In this document: one piece after another, positions 12,001-16,369 of the stretch
Layout: the number at the start of each line of letters is the position of its first letter
Position numbering within the stretch: the stretch's first letter is position 1
NCBI RefSeq assembly: GCF_000150275.1
Contig: NW_002061022.1
Location: forward strand, 6,920-23,288
Source: Trichoplax adhaerens
Taxonomy: Eukaryota; Animalia; Placozoa
DNA: 16,369 nt
Reading direction: 5' to 3'
The notes under the pieces: generated by a model
Told to the model about the DNA's origin: nothing
Databases searched by the model: none
Seen by the model: only the letters and a program-made list of their open reading frames with translations
Position numbers and translations under genes: made by a program

Positions 12001-15000
12001 GAATTATTTAATGTAGAGTAAGATCAATAATGTTATATTCTTTAGTCATTCGTCTTACAATCGTACTAAATACTTCGTACGCTTTTATTCTACTGTCACA
12101 ACCCTCACTTATGGCAAAGATTTCGTCACGAATTCTAGTGTAGGTACAATAACTCGGGCTGCTTCCCCCGTATTTTCTAGTCTCTATATGAGCGATATAC
12201 GTGAACTCGGTTTTTAGGTTGTACTTCACAGACAGCTTATTAATTGCTATACTTTTTCTTCACGTTATGACTCCTGAAAACTTCTCGAGCAATTTTTTCT
12301 TTTTTTTTACAACCACACGCCCTCAAATGTCTGGACATGAGTATGTCGATATTATGGAACTTAGGGTATTGAAACACTCCTCCTACGCCCATATACGGCT
12401 CGATTATATTATTATATCCTAGCATACCTTTCAATCTCCATTTAATTAACTCATAAAAGTTTGTATTTTTTATATCACAATTCTACTACTAAAATATTAA
12501 CTACAAACTTAGTAAAATTAAATTAGCGTATGACCTTATCTAGACTACTCTAAGGTATCCATTATTCACTAAACAATAATCGCTTAACCGGTAACGTAGT
12601 ACTGCAACATTTACTTTCTGCGTCATATTTCAGAAACTTCATGAATGAAATTTTCCTATACGTTATTAAGTAAATGTTAATAACGCTCTTTATAAATTTT
12701 ACTTTGTCATTAGAAAGTTATTTAACGTGGGAACAATCGTCCTTGATGATGATGCGGAAACTATTAACTCGAAACTGGTAGTTTTGTAAGTATATAGTAG
12801 TCCTTCATAAATAATAAACTTATGATATCTACTGTAGTATGCATGTTTCCTCCATTCTCTGTATCTCGGATCGACTCAAATGCTACTCGATTGAATGTTA
12901 CGCATATCGATTTTCATCGATCGTGATCTTTATTCGAAAGCGAGCCCTTTATACTGTATATCTGATTTAAGAATTATTTACTTTGATGATGGGACAGACT
13001 TTTTTTGGAGGTAGGAATTCAGTACGAGAAGGTGCTACATGATGAGATGATAAATACAGGTGCTGTACCTTACAGTATAATGGATCAGCAAAGTACTAAC
13101 AATGTTAAACTCTATAGTACTACAGTATTATGCTATTCATTATACGTAAAGTAAAAAGCCTTAAGTAAGCTGTAATTATAAGAATCATTAAGACAGTATA
13201 TTTTAGCATACGATCATGATGAGAAGGTGCAATAAAATGATGAAAAACTGTATAGTATATGTATAGTGGGTATACTGTCGATATCGATAGCTAAATAGGC
13301 ACACTTTGCATGTTGTACAGTGGCCGACCGTCACAACACTGTTTGTTACTACGATTCTTTTTTTTATGCTTGCCTGGAAAACCTTCTACCGTATTGTAAG
13401 ACTACTACCAAGTGTCACTACTTTCCCTGCCTTTGCGAAGGACTTTAGTCAACGCTAAGGGCCAGACTAGAGAGCTTTATGCGTATAAGATACCAGCAGT
13501 TGCTGGATAACTTTAATTAAAGAGGATGTAGGTAAGTATGCAGAACTAGCAGTTACTATTGTGAACAGATATAGACAAGCATATATAGCACTAGCAGTTG
13601 TCGGTGACTTTTTCCGTTCTGTGTGAACGGAGGTGGCCAACTAGTAAAGAAAATATTTACTTCAGTGAGAGAATAAATGTATACGTGTAACAAACTTATG
13701 TTGCGAACTACTATACTAAACTAATAGATTACTTATGCCTTGCTCCACTACACCCAGCTAGCTTAAGCTACCTAGGCAAATTTTACACCAAATCTTTTTT
13801 CTAATATCTAAAATCATCACAGTTAACCAATGACACACAGTACCTACAGTTGTATTCGTATAATAGTTCACCAGTGAGATAGAAATCATAAAATTTGTGC
13901 GAGAAAGTATGACTAGCTGTTAATTATCTAACTAAATAGCGAATAAAATGAATTAGCAGGATTCCATCTCATATAAATCTCTGTTAGGCTTATCTTAAAG
14001 AAATTATATAAGTTATATGTATTTAGAATACGGTTGTATACCGCAGTGATAAAATACGTGGATGGAATTAATCAGACTGATTTCTTAACTTTGCCGAGCT
14101 CCTTGAATACATCCTCTAATTACCAACAAAGTATTCCTGGTTCCAACCCTAACATGCTGTTACACTTTCTAGTTTATCGTAACAATAATTTAATAGTCCA
14201 GTAGGGCTTGAGTACTGAACTATCACGAGTCCAATAGAGCTTAAGTACCGAACTATCTTTATTATGCGTTAGGAGCCGTTATATATAAGAGATAATTACC
14301 AGTAATGTGCAATAACGGACATACCATGAATGTTAACGACAATCTTATCTTATTCATAATAAGATAACAACTTATTTTCTTAGATATGCTATCTAGGACT
14401 TAATCGTCATCATTACAGACACGGACATACCATGAATGTTAACGACAATCTTATCTTATTCATAATAAGATAACAACTCATTTTCTTAGATATGCTATCT
14501 AGAACTTAATCGTCATCATTACAGACACGGACATACCATGAATGTTAACGACAATCTTATCTTATTCATAATAAGATAACAACTCATTNNNNNNNNNNNN
14601 NNNNNNNNNNNNNNNNNNNNNNNNNNNNNNNNNNNNNNTATTTCGTAACACATGCATAGAGTTGGTAAACAGATAGTAGATAGACCAAATTAAGATATGG
14701 AACACCACTTAATATAAACGTATATTTCGTATGCATATATATAGACAGACAAAATCTGACAAATATCCCTTGCTTATGGGCTAATTTTGTTGAAAGTATA
14801 TAAGCGCTTCATAATTAACTGTCTAAAGAGTAGGTAGATGAAACTGTACCGAAAATACTTTTTTTAATGAAGGCTTTTTGCCTAGTGTAAAACAATTCTT
14901 AAGTATTTAGCTGACTAAGATAGTATAGCTAGGTCGTAAAGACTAGAAGCGCTTACTGGCTATACTTTCGATAGAGAAAGTTATCTGTATCGCAATTATG

Positions 15001-16199
15001 GTTGTGAAACGACATTGACACAGTGCCTATTTAGTAAAGTATTTCAGAAAGCAAGTTTGTTTTGGCTTCTTTGTCGTATTTTTAATTTTTTATGCATTGA
15101 ATTTATAAACTGTAACTAGAGTAATAATACAGCTTTTTGGAGCTACATTGTTGTGAATAATCTGCGTATAATGGATACACTTCTAATATAGCATAATGCA
15201 AGGGCAATGAAAAATCTTTTTTTAATCGTGATCATGTATTATCACTTAAAAAATTCAATCTTAGTTAGTTAAAATCCTATTTAATTAGAGTCCAATTTCA
15301 AAGAGATAGTATCGTATAGTTGCTATTAGAAGTAGTTAATTCATGTTTCGATAGAATTGGTCGTAGGATTGGCAATGATCATCTCCATTTTGCACAATCA
15401 GGGAGAATTAATGCTGATAGAACTTACTAATGATAATTTATTGGGTTAACGGATAATTTATTTTGATTTGAAAATCTTTGCGGAATTAATTACGATATTT
15501 AGAGATCTAAGATATAACAAGATGAAGTCAAATGTTAATTTGTGGCCTTTAAGACACCTAAATGAGCTCAAGGTGCTGTAAGTATGATTTATCTTGCATT
15601 AATATCACAAGCAGTGTATTATCGTAGTAATTTCACCCGATTACTATCCTAAAATTATAAAATCTAAAACAGTAATGTGAAGTAAAACATAATTTCTCGT
15701 AGAATAGTCAGTTGTGCTTCATAAAATAATCGTAATTAATGGCTTGTATATTGAAATGGTGTTCTTGTACTATTCATATCAGTACTATGTACACAATGTG
15801 AAAAGGGTTAAAGTCTAATTTATTATAAATGTATCTTGCCTTGCCATTTAAACCTAACCTGAAATATAGAAAAGATTTATTCGCTTCTTTCTGATACAAT
15901 AAACTACCGCTATTAATGTAATAACTTTACTGCTTTTAATTATTAGTGCACAATTTTATTCATCGATTTAGTTCAGTCACATTCAATAATACAAATACTT
16001 GTATGCTTGGATCTATTTATTAAAGACAAATTTCTTAAAATAAAATATACGAATATTTCTAAGTGTAATTAACATTACATTAAGTAGCCATACATAAGTG
16101 TTTCACGATTTACTTTGATTTTAGTTTTACATCTGGGATCAAATTCAAATACTTTCATCAAATATACGAAAACTTATTAAGAAAAAAACTGCGTGCTAT
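1..16199 (+). CDS. Multi-exon extracellular-type leucine-rich-repeat protein gene (LGR/RXFP- or Slit/Toll-like ectodomain), partial at both ends; could be two tandem paralogues (1-4270 and about 5300-16199)
   Basis: AG...GT-bounded exons of 63-81 nt, all phase 2-2, each translating to one xLxxNxIxxIxxxxFxxLxxLxxL-type repeat. Joined in order they give a stop-free frame. No 7TM or TIR exon is visible in the window, so the family cannot be fixed. Confidence 0.9.
839..910 (+). CDS. LRR exon (72 nt) DIAGCGIKKIKASLFKNLNQLTN-L
   Basis: ttttAG|a ... tt|GTAAGC, phase 2-2, LRR consensus with Cys at the Asn-ladder position. Confidence 0.9.
1568..1639 (+). CDS. LRR exon (72 nt) NIDNNEIEVINNESFLGLSYLKN-L
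   Basis: tatAG|g ... tt|GTAAGT, phase 2-2, typical LRR. Confidence 0.93.
2710..2781 (+). CDS. LRR exon (72 nt) SLQNNKISHIAISAFSMSPSLDT-L, GC donor
   Basis: ttttcgtAG|a ... tt|GCAAGT, exactly 72 nt, typical LRR. Confidence 0.88.
2865..2930 (+). CDS. LRR exon (66 nt) HLSGNNLRMKDISSIEFKGRI-L
   Basis: ttctAG|g ... ct|GTTCGT, phase 2-2, LxxNxL motif; donor weaker. Confidence 0.8.
3546..3614 (+). CDS. LRR exon (69 nt) KLAVNKFPEIIFQKFPAIDTFI-L
   Basis: cctAG|g ... tt|GTGCGT, phase 2-2, LxxNxF motif. Confidence 0.8.
3733..3798 (+). CDS. LRR exon (66 nt) VLNWNGIEHIHNIPFMPSLSV-I
   Basis: attAG|a ... at|GTAGGT, phase 2-2, 22-aa LRR. Confidence 0.85.
4001..4072 (+). CDS. LRR exon (72 nt) NLSNNRIYSGSVLNFANLTALQS-I
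   Basis: atcAG|a ... at|GTAAGT, phase 2-2, typical LRR. Confidence 0.93.
4190..4270 (+). CDS. LRR exon (81 nt) NLDFNRITSISSSFFKSLWHLSNLTT
   Basis: ttatAG|t ... at|GTAGGT, phase 2-2, LRR with a 3-aa extension. Confidence 0.9.
5996..6153 (+). pseudogene. Degenerate LRR N-terminal Cys-cap (LRRNT-like) exon with two in-frame TGA
   Basis: Reads ALNHLSCKDVVLDI*PSVRCTCVDFKPTIILFAKCHKLPSFSSNKL*NRCIF. The (C)PxxxCxC...C pattern has TGA 6038-6040 at the first Cys and a second TGA at 6134-6136. It ends aa|GTAATT in phase 2. The start is either 5996 or 6033. Confidence 0.55.
7328..7393 (+). CDS. LRR exon (66 nt) ELSCNRLIQINFLESLNNLQN-L
   Basis: tactAG|g ... ct|GTAAGT, phase 2-2, 22-aa LRR. Confidence 0.92.
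7572..7643 (+). CDS. LRR exon (72 nt) NLNDNKIRKIARSDLQNLKYLKL-L
   Basis: ataAG|c ... ct|GTAAGT, phase 2-2, typical LRR. Confidence 0.92.
7801..7872 (+). CDS. LRR exon (72 nt) LIFSNQISQIEGNSFENLHNLKV-L
   Basis: taaAG|c ... ct|GTAAGT, phase 2-2, typical LRR; acceptor lacks a pyrimidine tract. Confidence 0.9.
8040..8111 (+). CDS. LRR exon (72 nt) DLSFNPLSQLSSNTFNGLHNLSI-L
   Basis: atcAG|c ... ct|GTAAGT, phase 2-2, typical LRR. Confidence 0.95.
8266..8337 (+). CDS. LRR exon (72 nt) LLKSCEIKNMTGLFHDSLSNLKH-L
   Basis: ttatAG|a ... tt|GTAAGG, phase 2-2, Cys at the Asn-ladder position. Confidence 0.9.
8452..8523 (+). CDS. LRR exon (72 nt) SLANNHLDSVDSRISIPLKSLES-L
   Basis: ttctAG|a ... tt|GTAAGC, phase 2-2. 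Confidence 0.92.
9004..9066 (+). CDS. LRR exon (63 nt, shortened) ILSNNRLASCGAHEFENLRE-I
   Basis: ggaAG|g ... at|GTTAGT keeps phase 2. The usual 72-nt end has no GT and runs into TAA at 9074-9076. Confidence 0.72.
9161..9232 (+). CDS. LRR exon (72 nt) SLSDNKLGEVNLLPFFKIKRLRL-L
   Basis: atctAG|a ... tt|GTAAGT, phase 2-2. Confidence 0.92.
10535..10973 (+). pseudogene. Decayed intronless TATA-binding-protein (TBP)-fold-like reading frame inside an intron
   Basis: MKSVEIKLQNFN*L*FCFRCTPVDLTLIL*HQIK... then DLKTVNVQATFQKEERFNLRQFDPEG...FSNCTII/(frameshift)IGFVEPSEVFKTKQLL. The two halves resemble TBP repeat motifs by eye. Four stops and at least one frameshift. Confidence 0.4.
11361..11506. repeat. 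41-bp imperfect tandem repeat (two clear copies plus a decayed upstream copy)
   Basis: 11421-11461 and 11462-11502 match at 31/41 positions. Remnants tgaacaaaaatcc and cagacataaa lie upstream. Confidence 0.75.
12008..12482 (-). pseudogene. Frameshifted reading frame resembling two tandem double-stranded-RNA-binding domains (dsRBD/DSRM)
   Basis: Frame A (open 12482-12240): FYELIKWRLKGMLGY...PKFHNIDILMSRHLRACGCKKKEKIAREVF. Frame B (open 12259-12008): SIAINKLSVKYNLKTEF...GGSSPSYCTYTRIRDEIFAISEGCDSRIKAYE. The frames overlap at 12240-12259. Confidence 0.42.
12714..12785 (+). CDS. Divergent LRR exon (72 nt) KLFNVGTIVLDDDAETINSKLVV-L
   Basis: tttgtcattAG|a ... tt|GTAAGT, exactly 72 nt, phase 2-2, open; lacks the ladder Asn. 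Confidence 0.78.
14195..14257. repeat. 30-bp direct repeat, period 33
   Basis: agtccagtagggcttgagtactgaactatc vs agtccaatagagcttaagtaccgaactatc, 26/30 identical. Confidence 0.85.
14315..14588. repeat. 106-bp tandem repeat, about 2.6 copies, truncated by the assembly gap
   Basis: Units start at 14315, 14421 and 14527. Copies 1 and 2 differ at two positions. Confidence 0.97.
14589..14638. other. Assembly gap (50 N)
   Basis: Run of N characters. Confidence 1.
15503..15577 (+). CDS. LRR exon (75 nt) DLRYNKMKSNVNLWPLRHLNELKV-L
   Basis: atttAG|a ... ct|GTAAGT, phase 2-2, LRR consensus. Confidence 0.92.
16125..16199 (+). CDS. Candidate divergent LRR-sized exon (75 nt) FTSGIKFKYFHQIYENLLRKKLRA
   Basis: attttAG|t ... 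at|GTATGT, phase 2-2 and open; weak LRR match in this frame. Confidence 0.5.
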
Positions 16200-16369
16200 G
16201 TATGTATATTCACCTATAAAAACTACTGAGTAAGGAAGGCAGCAATAATAAATAGATTTTTATTTTGAGTTATTTATTGGAATAATAATCTTAGATGCGA
16301 AAATATGTATGCAATCTAAGGCAAAGCATTGTTTAGTATAACCAGTCTTTTTAACGAAGAATACTTCAA

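Noticed and set aside
12201-12422. 73-aa + strand ORF from the track
   Set aside because: Antisense shadow of the dsRBD-like frame; poly-Phe comes from a T run.
12350-12460. Dam-type DNA methyltransferase motif I (IIEPYMGVGGVF resembles EPFxGxGxVF)
   Set aside because: No upstream GGK motif at the right spacing and no DPPY catalytic motif; the dsRBD reading explains more of the sequence.
13366-13537. Short ATG frame (MLAWKTFYRIVRLLPS...) and strong donor AG|GTAAGT at 13532
   Set aside because: The frame stops before the donor and there is no LRR pattern, so a coding exon is unsupported.
14027-14158. 132-nt open phase 2-2 candidate exon
   Set aside because: Weak donor (GTTACA), no LxxNxL core, and it overlaps the dispersed repeat copy.
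14315-14588. CRISPR array
   Set aside because: Units are head-to-tail and nearly identical with no unique spacers, no cas genes, and the context is eukaryotic.

Overview
AT-rich, intron-rich eukaryotic DNA, most likely from a compact animal genome (a placozoan-like source is only a guess). The supplied ORF track misses the main feature, a + strand leucine-rich-repeat (LRR) gene, or two tandem paralogues, spanning the whole window. I found 18 complete exons of 63-81 nt, one partial exon at the left edge and one weaker candidate. Each encodes one LRR and is flanked by phase-2 introns that split the conserved Leu/Ile codon, so they splice into a single open frame. A Cys-cap (LRRNT-like) exon with two in-frame TGA codons lies between the two exon clusters. 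The 3.5-kb intron 9233-12713 holds foreign-looking DNA: a decayed intronless TBP-like reading frame (+), a strongly G-depleted tract ending in 41-bp repeats, twin hairpins, and a frameshifted tandem dsRNA-binding-domain-like frame (-). These may be an endogenous viral or mobile-element relic (inference). A 106-bp tandem repeat runs into a 50-N assembly gap. All protein family calls are by-eye motif matches, not database results.
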